The notes under the pieces: model-generated
The model's input: the letters and a program-made list of their open reading frames with translations, nothing else
What the model was told of the DNA's origin: nothing
Databases searched by the model: none
DNA from: Jatrophihabitans sp.
Lineage (GTDB): Bacteria; Actinomycetota; Actinomycetes; Mycobacteriales; Jatrophihabitantaceae
DNA: 43,456 bases
Direction of reading: 5' to 3'
Assembly (NCBI GenBank): GCA_035940975.1
Contig: DASZEI010000101.1
Location: forward strand, 1 to 43,456
Translations under genes and position numbers: made by a program
Shown here: one piece after another, positions 11,552-22,100 of the stretch
How the letters are laid out: every line of letters begins with the position of its first letter
Position numbering within the stretch: position 1 is the stretch's first letter

Positions 11552-12793
11552 TCAGATGATCGGGCTGGCGGTGCTGTCCGACGGTGAGATCCGGATGACC
11601 CGGTCGTCGTCGGCGATCGGGCTGCCCTGACCGTCCCGGTTGCGGGTGGTCAGCCACAGCGCCCCGTCCGTTCCGGCGACCACCGTGGCCAGCCGGCCGT
11701 ACTTGTTCTGCAGGCTGCTGCTGAACGTGCCGGGAACGCTCTGGTTCACCTCGCTGACGGCCAGCGACCGGCCGGTCGAGGTCGCCACGAACAGCCGGTT
11801 CGCCATCAGCGCGCAGCCGCCGCCTCCGGTGCTCGCCGTTGGCAATGTGCGGGCCGGAGCCACCGATCCCGGCCCGTTTCCGGGCCAGCCGTAGTCCGCG
11901 CCGGCCTTGACCACGTTCACCTCGTCCGGCGTGCCCGCGGCGCCGGCCGAGATCGCGATCCGCAGGCCGGTTCGCGGGTCGACGCACAGGCCGTCGACGC
12001 TGCGCAGGCCACGCGCGTAGATCGATGACCCGGGCACCGGGTTGCCCGGCAGCGGCTGGCCGATGTCACTGGTACGCAGGATCTTTCCGGCCAGGCTGGT
12101 GGCCGAGGCCGCCAGGCTGGGCCGGCCCGCGTCGCCGGTGCCGGTGAGCAGGGCGCCGGTGGCGTCGAAGGCGATCCGGCCGGCATTGCCGGTGCGGCCC
12201 TTGGGGATGCCGGCGATGATCGCCGAAGGTTTCGAGCCGAGCGAGAAGTGCACCACCCGGTTGTCGGTAGCGGTGCTCAGGTAGGCATAGACCAGGCCGT
12301 CCTGGTCGAAGGTCGGCGAGATGGCCAGATCCAGCAGGCCGCCGTCGCCGCTGCCGTCCACGGCCAGCCGCTGGACCACGGTGGCGGGCCGGCCGGCCAC
12401 CGGCTGGACCCGCAGGACCCGGCCGGTGGGGCGCTCACCGACCAGCGCGGTGCCGTCGGGCAGCACCACCAGCCCGGTCGGCTGGTTGAGCTTGGTGGCC
12501 ACCACGGTCGGATCGGTCTCCGGGGCGCTAGTACCGGGTGAGGGCTGGGACGGTCCGGAGGTCGGGCCCGGGACCGACTGGCTGTCCGACTGCGTCGGCG
12601 CGGGCAGCCCGGGGGCGGGCAACTGCGGCCTCGGATCGTTGTTGCCCTGGTAGTTCTGCTGCGGCACCCAGGTCGGCGCGCTGCCGGAAGCGCCGCCGTC
12701 GCAGCCGGTGGTGACGGCCAGCGCCAGGACAGCGACGGCCGCAACCGCGGCGCGGGTCAGCACCGCGGTTCGGGTCAGCACTGTGGGCAGCAC
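11552..12793 (-). CDS. LppZ-like lipoprotein, glucose/sorbosone dehydrogenase (PQQ beta-propeller) family
   Basis: Hydrophobic signal ending AVTTGC, Pro-rich linker, 'GDGGLLDLAISPTF', 'SLAGKILR', 'DDDRVIRI'; synteny with mycobacterial lppZ; start set to GTG 12793 (CAGACT -10 box). Confidence 0.8.
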   Translation of the reverse strand: MLPTVLTRTAVLTRAAVAAVAVLALAVTTGCDGGASGSAPTWVPQQNYQGNNDPRPQLPAPGLPAPTQSDSQSVPGPTSGPSQPSPGTSAPETDPTVVATKLNQPTGLVVLPDGTALVGERPTGRVLRVQPVAGRPATVVQRLAVDGSGDGGLLDLAISPTFDQDGLVYAYLSTATDNRVVHFSLGSKPSAIIAGIPKGRTGNAGRIAFDATGALLTGTGDAGRPSLAASATSLAGKILRTSDIGQPLPGNPVPGSSIYARGLRSVDGLCVDPRTGLRIAISAGAAGTPDEVNVVKAGADYGWPGNGPGSVAPARTLPTASTGGGGCALMANRLFVATSTGRSLAVSEVNQSVPGTFSSSLQNKYGRLATVVAGTDGALWLTTRNRDGQGSPIADDDRVIRISPSDSTASPII

Positions 12794-12885
12794 CGGTCCA
12801 GTCTGCCTGCTCCGGCCGTGCCGCGGGCAGCGGGCGCTCAAGTCGGTGGCGGCTCAGGCTAGTTTGATGTCGTGAGACGAATTTG

Positions 12886-13845
12886 ATGGGCGTGAGACGG
12901 ATCTGCCTGCCCTCGACCTCCGTCCGGGACCGCGCGCTGGCGATGGCCCGGCGGCAGGAGGATCCGGAGCCCGAGCTGATCGAGATGCTCACCGAGGCGG
13001 TGATCTACGAGCCGGCCGCCACGCCGGAGCAACTGTCCGGCGTCCGGTTCTGGGTGCCGGACTTCCTGGGCGCGGACCCGGCCGCCTACCGGGCGGTCGT
13101 CGAGGCGATGCCTGAGCTGCGGGTGATCCAGGCCCAGTCGGCCGGGGTGGACGTCCTGCTGCAGGTGGTGCCGGACGGCGTGGAGCTCTGCGATGCCCGC
13201 GGCGTGCACGGTTCCTCCACCGCGGAGTGGGCACTGACCGCGTTGCTGTCGGTCTTCCGGGAGTTCCCACGGTTCGAGCGGGCTCGCCAGCAGCGCCGCT
13301 GGGACTACTCGGTCACCGATGAGCTGGCCGGCAAGCGGGTGCTGATCGTCGGCGCGGGAGACGTCGGCCAGCAGCTCGCCCGCCGGATCACCGCCTGCGA
13401 CGCCAGACCGGTTTTCGTCGCCCGGACGGCTCGCGACGGCGTGCACTCCGTCGAGGAGTTGCCGCAGTTGCTGCCCGACGCCGACGCCGTGGTGCTGATC
13501 GTGCCGAAGACCACCGAGACGGTCGGCATGGTGGATGCGAAGTTTCTGGCCGCGATGGCAGACGGCGCCATCCTGGTCAACGCCGCCCGCGGACCGGTGG
13601 TGGACACCGGCGCGTTGCTGGCCGAGCTGACCTCAGGCCGGCTGCGGGCCGCGGTGGATGTCGTCGATCCGGAACCGTTGCCCTCGGACCACCCGCTGTG
13701 GAGGGCGCCCAACCTGCTGCTCACCCCGCACGTCGCCGGCTCCGTCCTCGGTTTCGGCGACCGGTTCGCGGCGCTGCTGGTAGCGCAGTTGCACCGCTAC
13801 CTGCACGGCGAGCAGCTGCAGAACACGGTGACCGGCCAGTACTGA
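12886..13845 (+). CDS. D-2-hydroxyacid dehydrogenase family protein
   Basis: GAGDVG Rossmann motif, LVNAARGPVVD, DVVDPEPL, TPHVAG. Confidence 0.92.
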   Translation: MGVRRICLPSTSVRDRALAMARRQEDPEPELIEMLTEAVIYEPAATPEQLSGVRFWVPDFLGADPAAYRAVVEAMPELRVIQAQSAGVDVLLQVVPDGVELCDARGVHGSSTAEWALTALLSVFREFPRFERARQQRRWDYSVTDELAGKRVLIVGAGDVGQQLARRITACDARPVFVARTARDGVHSVEELPQLLPDADAVVLIVPKTTETVGMVDAKFLAAMADGAILVNAARGPVVDTGALLAELTSGRLRAAVDVVDPEPLPSDHPLWRAPNLLLTPHVAGSVLGFGDRFAALLVAQLHRYLHGEQLQNTVTGQY

Positions 13846-13895
13846 GGCTCGCTGTGGCCCGCCGAGGCTCACTGTGGCCGCCGGCACCGGCCCGC

Positions 13896-14276
13896 TCAGC
13901 CGGTGGCTGCCGGATCCGGTATCCGGCCGGCGCCGGCGGCGATCAGGGGCTCGAGCCGGGTGCTGCGCACGCAGGGCAACTTCACCTGGCCGCCGGCCGA
14001 GTCCACCGCGTACACCGCTCCGGAGCGGTCCAGCCGCAGGCCGGCCAGCTCGTCCCAGCCGATGGTGCGCGAGCCGAACATCGCCCGGGCGTGCAGGCCC
14101 GCATCGTCGATGACGGTGGCGGTGCGGGCCACGTAGAACGCTGCGGCCAGCGGCACCAGGTAGACCAGCGTCAGCAGCTTGGAATGCACTACCGCCGTGC
14201 AGCACAGCGCGGTGAAGGCCACAATCAGGTAGGCCAACGCCGGATGCTTGATCACGGTGCGCTGCGGTGCCGTCAT
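13896..14276 (-). CDS. PH-domain membrane protein (Cfp6/low-molecular-weight antigen 6-like)
   Basis: Two TM helices then '[27 protein letters not shown]...VKLPCV'; synteny with mycobacterial cfp6; start set to ATG 14276. Confidence 0.8.
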   Translation of the reverse strand: MTAPQRTVIKHPALAYLIVAFTALCCTAVVHSKLLTLVYLVPLAAAFYVARTATVIDDAGLHARAMFGSRTIGWDELAGLRLDRSGAVYAVDSAGGQVKLPCVRSTRLEPLIAAGAGRIPDPAATG

Positions 14277-14284
14277 GGTTGACC

Positions 14285-14301
14285 AGCCTAGGTCGTAGGC
14301 T
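14285..14301. promoter_or_regulatory. Back-to-back TAGGCT -10 boxes (bidirectional leaderless promoter)
   Basis: AGCCTA-GGTCG-TAGGCT; each hexamer lies 7-8 nt from a divergent start codon. Confidence 0.6.
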
Positions 14302-14308
14302 CGTCGCT

Positions 14309-16006
14309 GTGACGACGGAGCAGCCCAGCAGTAAGCCACGCCACCGCAAGCCGCACTCCGGGGCGGTCACCGACGGCATCGAGCGGGCCGCCTCGCGGGG
14401 CATGCTGCGGGCGGTGGGGATGGGTGACGATGACTGGCGCAAGCCGCAGATCGGCGTCGCCTCGTCCTGGAACGAGATCACCCCCTGCAACCTGTCGCTG
14501 AACCGGCTGGCCAAGCAGGCCAAGATCGGTGTGCGGGGCGCTGACGGGTTTCCGCTGGAGTTCGGCACCATTTCGGTGTCCGACGGCATCTCGATGGGCC
14601 ACGAGGGGATGCACTACTCGCTGGTCTCGCGCGAGGTGATCGCCGACTCGGTCGAGACGGTCTTCCGGGCCGAGCGGCTGGACGGCGCGGTGCTACTGGC
14701 CGGCTGTGACAAGTCGCTGCCGGGCATGCTGATGGCGGCGGCCCGCCTCGACGTGGCAGCGGTGTTCCTGTACGCGGGCTCGACCCTGCCGGGCAGGCTG
14801 CATGGCAACGACGTCACGATCATCGACGCCTTCGAGGGTGTCGGGGCGTGCCTGGCGGGCAAGATCACCCGCGACGAGCTGGATGCGATCGAGCGGGCCA
14901 TCTGCCCCGGTGAGGGCGCCTGCGGCGGGATGTACACCGCGAACACGATGGCGTCGGCGGCCGAAGCCCTGGGCATGTCGCTGACCGGCTCGGCCGCACC
15001 GCCGGCACCGGACTCGCGCCGTGACGCCTATGCCGAGCGTTCCGGAGAGGCGGTCGTGCACCTGGTGGACGCCGGCATCACGGCCCGCCGGATCCTGACC
15101 CGGCAGGCCTTCGAGAACGCCATTACCGTCGTGATGGCGCTCGGCGGCTCGACCAACGCCGTGCTGCACCTGCTGGCGATCGCCCACGAGGCCGAGGTCG
15201 AGCTGAGCCTGGCCGACTTCAACCGGATCGGCGACAAGGTGCCGCACCTGGCGGACATGAAGCCGTTCGGCCGGTTCGTCATGACCGACATCGACCGGAT
15301 CGGCGGCATCCCGGTGGTCATGCGGGCGCTGCTGGACGCCGGCCTGCTGCACGGCGACGCCCTTACCGTTACGGGCCGAACCCTGGCCGAGAACCTCAAG
15401 CAGCTGGCCCCGCCGGCTCCGGACGGCGAGGTGATCCGGTCGATGGCACGGCCCATCCACCGCACCGGCGGCATCACCGTGCTGCACGGCTCGCTCGCCC
15501 CCGACGGCGCGGTGGTCAAGACGGCGGGCTTCGACACCGAGGTCTTCGAGGGCACCGCTCGGGTCTTCGACCGCGAGCAGGCCGCGATGGACGCGGTGGC
15601 GGCGGGCAGCCTCGTGGCCGGTGACGTGGTGGTGATCCGGTGGGAGGGGCCCAAGGGCGGCCCGGGGATGCGCGAGATGCTGGCGATCACCGGGGCGATC
15701 AAGGGCGCCGGCCTGGGCAAGGACGTGCTGCTGCTGACCGACGGGCGGTTCTCCGGTGGCACCACCGGGCTCTGCGTAGGCCACGTCGCGCCCGAGGCCG
15801 CGGTCGGCGGCCCGATCGCCCTGGTGGCCGACGGCGACCGGATCGTCGTCGACATCGCCAACCGGAGCATCGAGTTGCACGTCGAGGAGGGCGAGCTGGA
15901 GCGGCGCCGGGCGGGCTGGCAGCCGCTGCCGCCGCGGTTCGACACCGGCGTGCTGCGCAAGTACGCCCAGCTCGTCGGCTCCGCCGCCCAGGGTGCCATC
16001 TGCTAG
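14309..16006 (+). CDS. ilvD: Dihydroxy-acid dehydratase
   Basis: [47 protein letters not shown]; start set to GTG 14309. Confidence 0.97.
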   Translation: MTTEQPSSKPRHRKPHSGAVTDGIERAASRGMLRAVGMGDDDWRKPQIGVASSWNEITPCNLSLNRLAKQAKIGVRGADGFPLEFGTISVSDGISMGHEGMHYSLVSREVIADSVETVFRAERLDGAVLLAGCDKSLPGMLMAAARLDVAAVFLYAGSTLPGRLHGNDVTIIDAFEGVGACLAGKITRDELDAIERAICPGEGACGGMYTANTMASAAEALGMSLTGSAAPPAPDSRRDAYAERSGEAVVHLVDAGITARRILTRQAFENAITVVMALGGSTNAVLHLLAIAHEAEVELSLADFNRIGDKVPHLADMKPFGRFVMTDIDRIGGIPVVMRALLDAGLLHGDALTVTGRTLAENLKQLAPPAPDGEVIRSMARPIHRTGGITVLHGSLAPDGAVVKTAGFDTEVFEGTARVFDREQAAMDAVAAGSLVAGDVVVIRWEGPKGGPGMREMLAITGAIKGAGLGKDVLLLTDGRFSGGTTGLCVGHVAPEAAVGGPIALVADGDRIVVDIANRSIELHVEEGELERRRAGWQPLPPRFDTGVLRKYAQLVGSAAQGAIC

Positions 16007-16039
16007 CCGGGTACTGCCCCGGCGTGCCGCACCGGCCGC

Positions 16040-16873
16040 TCAGGACAGCTGCGCGAAGTCCTCGGTGATCCACAGCCGGCCGTGCACCGGGTCGAGCAGC
16101 ACGTCGATGCCCACCGTGCTGACCGCGCTGGAGAGCAGGTTCTGCCGGCGGCTGTCATCGGGCGCCTGCTCGGCGAACATGTCCCGCTGGGCGGCCACCG
16201 CACCGGCCGGGCTGGTCGTCTCGGTGAAGCCCAGATTCTCGGCGGCGTAGCTTCCCAGCACGCCCTGGTTGGCCTGCCGGACACCCAGAGCCGGCTCGTC
16301 GCCGATCCTGGCCGCGAGCAGGTTCGCGGCCGCCATCGCCCGGTTGTGACCGGCGGCGCTGCGCTGCAGGTCGGCGCTCCAGTTCAGCGGAGCGAGCCCG
16401 GCCTGCCTGCGGGCGTTGTTGAGGGCGGTGAACAGCACCTGCGCCATGGCCGCAGCACTCGATCCGGCTTCCGGCGTGGCTGGACCGCCGGTCCCTGGTG
16501 GGTTGACCCGGCCGGAGGAACTCGGTGCACCGGCTGGCGAGGACGGGGACCCGCCCGGCGCGCGGCTGGTGGTTCGGTGGTCAGCGGACGGGTTCGCCGT
16601 GAACGGCATCGGGGAGCCGGCCGTGCTGACCGCGGCCGACGGGGTAGCCGAGGTCGGGCCCTTGGTGACGGGAGCGGTCGGCCGGTTGGACTGCGTGCTC
16701 GGGTCGACGAACTGCGAGGCGGCGCTGGAACGGTCGTCGGGCAGCAGGATCGCGCCGGCAAAGGTAACCGGTCGGCGGGGGCCGCCTGACATCGCGATGG
16801 CGGCAACGCCGACCGCACTGATCGTCGCCGCGGTGAGCGACAACCAGAGCGTCGGGGGTCGAACCGCTGGCAT
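16040..16873 (-). CDS. Secreted or membrane-anchored CAP (SCP) domain protein
   Basis: N-terminal hydrophobic helix, Pro/Ser linker, 'LNNARRQAGLAPL..S..L..SA..H...M', AENLG, 'NLLS....VGI', WITEDF; start set to ATG 16873 (CACTAT -10 box). Confidence 0.8.
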   Translation of the reverse strand: MPAVRPPTLWLSLTAATISAVGVAAIAMSGGPRRPVTFAGAILLPDDRSSAASQFVDPSTQSNRPTAPVTKGPTSATPSAAVSTAGSPMPFTANPSADHRTTSRAPGGSPSSPAGAPSSSGRVNPPGTGGPATPEAGSSAAAMAQVLFTALNNARRQAGLAPLNWSADLQRSAAGHNRAMAAANLLAARIGDEPALGVRQANQGVLGSYAAENLGFTETTSPAGAVAAQRDMFAEQAPDDSRRQNLLSSAVSTVGIDVLLDPVHGRLWITEDFAQLS

Positions 16874-17111
16874 GGACGAATAGTGCCACGTGCAACTATC
16901 AAAAGTAAGCAACGAATCGACCCAAACCCTAATTTTGGTACCCAATGCCGGTCAGCGGTCGCGAACCGTTACGCAGTACGTACGGGTTCGCACGTGCATG
17001 GAGGCAAGGAACTGCTTGGGATCTATGGTGGTTCTGGTGTCTGGCAGGGAAAACCTCCGTGTTGTTCGAATGAAGTTTCTCGCACTGTTACTCGAGTCCG
17101 GACAATCTGAC

Positions 17112-17128
17112 GTCTCACTATCTGAGAC
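17112..17128. promoter_or_regulatory. GTCTCA-N5-TGAGAC palindrome, putative IclR/NdgR binding site upstream of ilvB
   Basis: GTCTCACTATCTGAGAC; same arms as the palindrome at 34862-34878. Confidence 0.7.
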
Positions 17129-17179
17129 TGATATCTCGAATCTTTGAGCGCTCTGGAGGATGCGGTGTATGGTCGTGCC

Positions 17180-17206
17180 ATGCAACGCCTCGTACTTATC
17201 GACTAG
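17180..17206 (+). CDS. ilvB attenuator leader peptide MQRLVLID
   Basis: Consecutive CTC GTA CTT ATC (Leu-Val-Leu-Ile) codons; TATGGT -10 box 6 nt upstream (leaderless); followed by a terminator. Confidence 0.75.
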   Translation: MQRLVLID

Positions 17207-17241
17207 CGCGTCCCAGCGGCCACCACCCGCAGGAGACGCGC

Positions 17242-17277
17242 AAACCCTTCGTGCAACCGCACGAGGGGTTTTTTGTT
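17242..17277 (+). terminator. Attenuator terminator of the ilvBNC leader
   Basis: AAACCCTTCGTGC-AACC-GCACGAGGGGTTT plus T-run; the leader's CCTCGT is complementary to ACGAGG in the right arm. Confidence 0.88.
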
Positions 17278-17370
17278 GCCCGCCCGAGAAGTTGGACGTC
17301 CTAGTAGTAGCCCGTACCGCGCGATCGCCCAGTTGAGCAAGCAGAACCGCCCGCCGGAAGGAATCGAGCA

Positions 17371-19158
17371 ATGACACCGACGCCCGCCTCGGAGCAGCTC
17401 ACCGGAGCACAGTCGCTGGTCCGATCCCTGGAAGAGGTGGGCGCCGAAGTGGTTTTCGGCATTCCTGGCGGGGCAATCCTGCCGGCCTATGACCCGCTGT
17501 ATGACTCCACGAGGGTCCGCCACATCCTGGTCCGCCACGAGCAGGGCGCCGGACACGCGGCAGAGGGTTACGCCCAGGTCACCGGAAAGGTCGGTGTGTG
17601 CATGGCGACCTCCGGCCCGGGAGCCACCAACCTGGTCACTCCGATCGCGGATGCCTTTCTCGACTCGGTTCCGATCGTGGCCATTACCGGGCAGGTGCCG
17701 TTTCCCGCGATCGGGACGGATGCCTTCCAGGAGGCAGACATCTCCGGCATCACGCTGCCGATCACCAAGCACAACTTCCTGGTGCAGCACGCCGAGCAGA
17801 TCCCGCAGACCATCGCGGAGGCGTTTCACCTTGCTAATACAGGACGGCCGGGCCCGGTGCTGGTCGACATCCCGAAGGACATCCTGCAGAACCAGACGAT
17901 CTTCAGCTGGCCGCCGGTCCTGGACCTGCCCGGCTACCGGCCGGTGCTCAAGCCGCACGGCAAGCAGATCCGCGAGGCGGCCAAGCTGATCGCGACCGCC
18001 CGGCGCCCGGTGCTCTATGTCGGGGGAGGCGTGCTCAAGGCGCGCGCCACCGCCGAGCTGAAGCGGCTCGCCGAGTTGAGCGGCATCCCGGTGGTCACCA
18101 CGCTGATGGCGCGCGGGGCGTTTCCGGATTCACACCGCCAGCACCTGGGCATGCCGGGCATGCATGGCACGGTGGCCGCGGTCACGGCACTGCAGAAGGC
18201 CGACCTGCTGATCGCGCTCGGCACCAGGTTCGACGACCGGGTGACCGGGCGGCTCGATTCCTTCGCCCCCAACGCGGCGGTCATCCACGCCGACATCGAC
18301 CCTGCCGAGATCGGCAAGAACCGGATCGCCGACGTGCCGATCGTGGGGGATGCCCGCGAGGTGATCGCTGATCTGATTGCCGCAGTCCAGGTCGAGTACA
18401 GCGCCGGCAACCGCTACGACCTGACCGGCTGGTGGCAGGAGGTCGACGGCTGGCGCCGGACCTATCCGCTGGGCTACGAGGAGCCGGCCGACGGAAGCCT
18501 GGCGCCGCAGTACGTGATCGAGCGGCTGGGCAAGATCTCCGGTCCGGACACGGTATTCACCGCCGGGGTGGGCCAGCATCAGATGTGGGCGGCGCAGTTC
18601 ATCTGCTACGACAAGCCCTATACCTGGCTCAACTCGGGTGGGCTGGGAACGATGGGCTACTCGGTGCCCGCGGCGATGGGGGCCAAGGTCGGTGCGCCAG
18701 ACACCCTGGTGTGGGCGATCGACGGTGACGGCTGCTTCCAGATGACCAACCAGGAACTGGCGACCTGTGCGATCGAGGGCATCCCGATCAAGGTAGCGGT
18801 GATCAACAACGGCAACCTGGGCATGGTGCGGCAATGGCAGACGCTGTTCTACGACCAGCGCTACTCCAACACCGAACTCGGGACCCATACGATGCCCCGG
18901 GGCAACGACGTCCGAACCCGGATCCCGGACTTCGTGAAGCTCGCCGACGCGCTCGGCTGCGTCGGCCTGCGCTGCGAGGCCGCCGCCGACGTCGATGCCA
19001 CCATCGAGAAGGCGATGTCGATCGACGACCAGCCGGTGGTGGTCGACTTCACGGTGGGCAAGGACGCCATGGTGTGGCCGATGGTCGCTGCTGGCACGTC
19101 CAACGACGAGATCATCGCCGCGCGCGGCATCCGCCCCAACTTCGACTCGGGAGTGTGA
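17371..19158 (+). CDS. ilvB: Acetolactate synthase large subunit
   Basis: [24 protein letters not shown], ThDP motif GDGCFQM..NN. Confidence 0.98.
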   Translation: MTPTPASEQLTGAQSLVRSLEEVGAEVVFGIPGGAILPAYDPLYDSTRVRHILVRHEQGAGHAAEGYAQVTGKVGVCMATSGPGATNLVTPIADAFLDSVPIVAITGQVPFPAIGTDAFQEADISGITLPITKHNFLVQHAEQIPQTIAEAFHLANTGRPGPVLVDIPKDILQNQTIFSWPPVLDLPGYRPVLKPHGKQIREAAKLIATARRPVLYVGGGVLKARATAELKRLAELSGIPVVTTLMARGAFPDSHRQHLGMPGMHGTVAAVTALQKADLLIALGTRFDDRVTGRLDSFAPNAAVIHADIDPAEIGKNRIADVPIVGDAREVIADLIAAVQVEYSAGNRYDLTGWWQEVDGWRRTYPLGYEEPADGSLAPQYVIERLGKISGPDTVFTAGVGQHQMWAAQFICYDKPYTWLNSGGLGTMGYSVPAAMGAKVGAPDTLVWAIDGDGCFQMTNQELATCAIEGIPIKVAVINNGNLGMVRQWQTLFYDQRYSNTELGTHTMPRGNDVRTRIPDFVKLADALGCVGLRCEAAADVDATIEKAMSIDDQPVVVDFTVGKDAMVWPMVAAGTSNDEIIAARGIRPNFDSGV

Positions 19159-19250
19159 AACCCGTCATGAGCGAGCATCGCAGCGAGGTACGCGCGAGGA
19201 GCACAGCGAGTCTTGCGATGAGCGCTCGGGCGAAGAGCGGTGGAACATGA
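19155..19250 (+). repeat. MIRU-like interspersed repeat, copy 1 (core 19167-19240), encoding a 31-aa bridging ORF
   Basis: 69/74 nt identical to 20972-21045; GTG 19155 overlaps the ilvB TGA and its TGA overlaps the ilvN ATG. Confidence 0.85.
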
Positions 19251-19771
19251 GCATCCATACGCTGTCGGTGCTGGTGGAGAACAAGCCCGGTGTGCTCGCT
19301 CGGGTGTCGGGGCTGTTCAGCCGTCGTGGATTCAATATCGAATCGCTGGCGGTCGGGCCCACCGAGCATCCGGAGGTCTCCCGGATGACCATTCTGGTGT
19401 CGGTCGAGGGCAACGCCCTGGAGCAAGTCACCAAGCAGCTGAACAAGCTGATCAACGTGTTGAAGATCGTCGAGCTCGAATCGAGCCAGGCGGTGCAGCG
19501 CGAGTTGCTGCTGGTCAAGGTGCGCGCGGACGAGGGCAACCGCAGCGCGGTGCTCGACATCGTGGAGTTGTTCAACGCCAAGGTCGTCGACGTCAGTCCC
19601 GAGGCGCTCACGGTCGAAGTGGTCGGCCCACCTGCGAAACTGGAGGCCGTGTTGAAGATGATGGAGCCGTACGGGATCCGCGAGATGGTCCAGTCCGGCA
19701 TGGTCGCACTCGGCCGGGGCCCACGGTCGATGACCCAGACGGCGTTGCGCGCCGTGGAACGAGCCGGTTGA
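19247..19771 (+). CDS. ilvN: Acetolactate synthase small (regulatory) subunit
   Basis: 'HTLSVLVENKPGVLARVSGLFSRRGFNIESL'; start set to ATG 19247. Confidence 0.97.
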   Translation: MSIHTLSVLVENKPGVLARVSGLFSRRGFNIESLAVGPTEHPEVSRMTILVSVEGNALEQVTKQLNKLINVLKIVELESSQAVQRELLLVKVRADEGNRSAVLDIVELFNAKVVDVSPEALTVEVVGPPAKLEAVLKMMEPYGIREMVQSGMVALGRGPRSMTQTALRAVERAG

Positions 19772-19865
19772 CGGCCGTGCCGGGGAGTATCGACGACACT
19801 CAGTACAGCACCTGAAGATGTCAGCACAGCAGCGACCGTCGCAGGGACGGCCCGCCGGAGGATGA

Positions 19866-21054
<1,189 letters not shown>

Positions 21055-21058
<4 letters not shown>

Positions 21059-22077
21059 AGCTTGCCGTGGTGCCGGGTGACGGGATCGGCGTCGAGGTGA
21101 TCGAGCAGGCCCTGCTGGTGCTCGACGCGGTGCTGCCCGGCGTGGAGAAGACCAGCTACGGCCTGGGTGCGCTGCTGTGGCACCGTACGGGTGAGGCCCT
21201 GCCGGACTCGGTGCTTGCCGAACTGCGCCAGCACGACGCCATCCTGCTCGGCGCGGTCGGTGATCCGTCGGTGCCGTCCGGAGTGCTCGAGCGCGGTTTG
21301 CTGTTGCGGTTGCGGTTCGAACTCGACCACTACGTCAACCTACGGCCGGTCAAGCTGTACCCCGGCGTCAGCACCCCGCTGGCCGGCCGGCCGGAGATCG
21401 ACTTCGTGGTGTACCGCGAGGGCACCGAGGGACCCTATGCGGGTAACGGCGGCGCGCTGCGCAAGCACACCCCCCACGAGATCGCGACCGAGGTGAGCAT
21501 CAACACCGCCTTCGGGGTCGAGCGGGTCGTACGGGCCGCGTTCGACGGCGCCGCCCGCCGGCCGCGCAAGCATCTGACCCTGGTGCACAAGAACAATGTG
21601 CTGGTGCACGCCGGCGACCTATGGGCTCGGACCGTCCACCGGGTCTCCGAGGAGTATCCGGACGTCAGCGTCGCCTACCACCATGTGGACGCAGCGACGA
21701 TCTATCTCGTCACCGATCCCGGGCGATACGACGTGATCGTCACCGACAACCTGTTCGGCGACATCCTCACCGACCTCGCCGCGGCCGTCGCCGGCGGTAT
21801 CGGGTTAGCGGCCAGCGGAAACGTCAATCCGGCCAGGACCACCCCGTCGATGTTCGAACCGGTGCACGGCTCGGCGCCTGACATTGCCGGCAAGGGCCAG
21901 GCGGATCCCACCGCGGCGATCCTCTCGGTCGCGATGCTGCTCAGCCATCTCGGTCACGACGAGGTGGCGGCCCGGGTCGAGGCCGCGGTGGCCACCGACC
22001 TGAGCACCCGCGATCCGAACAACCCGGGCAGCACCGGCCAGATCGGCGAGCGGATCGCGTCCGCCGCCGTGCACTGA
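21055..22077 (+). CDS. leuB: 3-isopropylmalate dehydrogenase
   Basis: [31 protein letters not shown]. Confidence 0.96.
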
Positions 22078-22100
22078 TCACCGCCAGACCGGAGACCCTC

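Noticed and set aside
12873-12898. Two TGAGAC half-sites resembling the NdgR box
   Set aside because: Direct rather than inverted, no GTCTCA arm, and explained by duplication of the gene start
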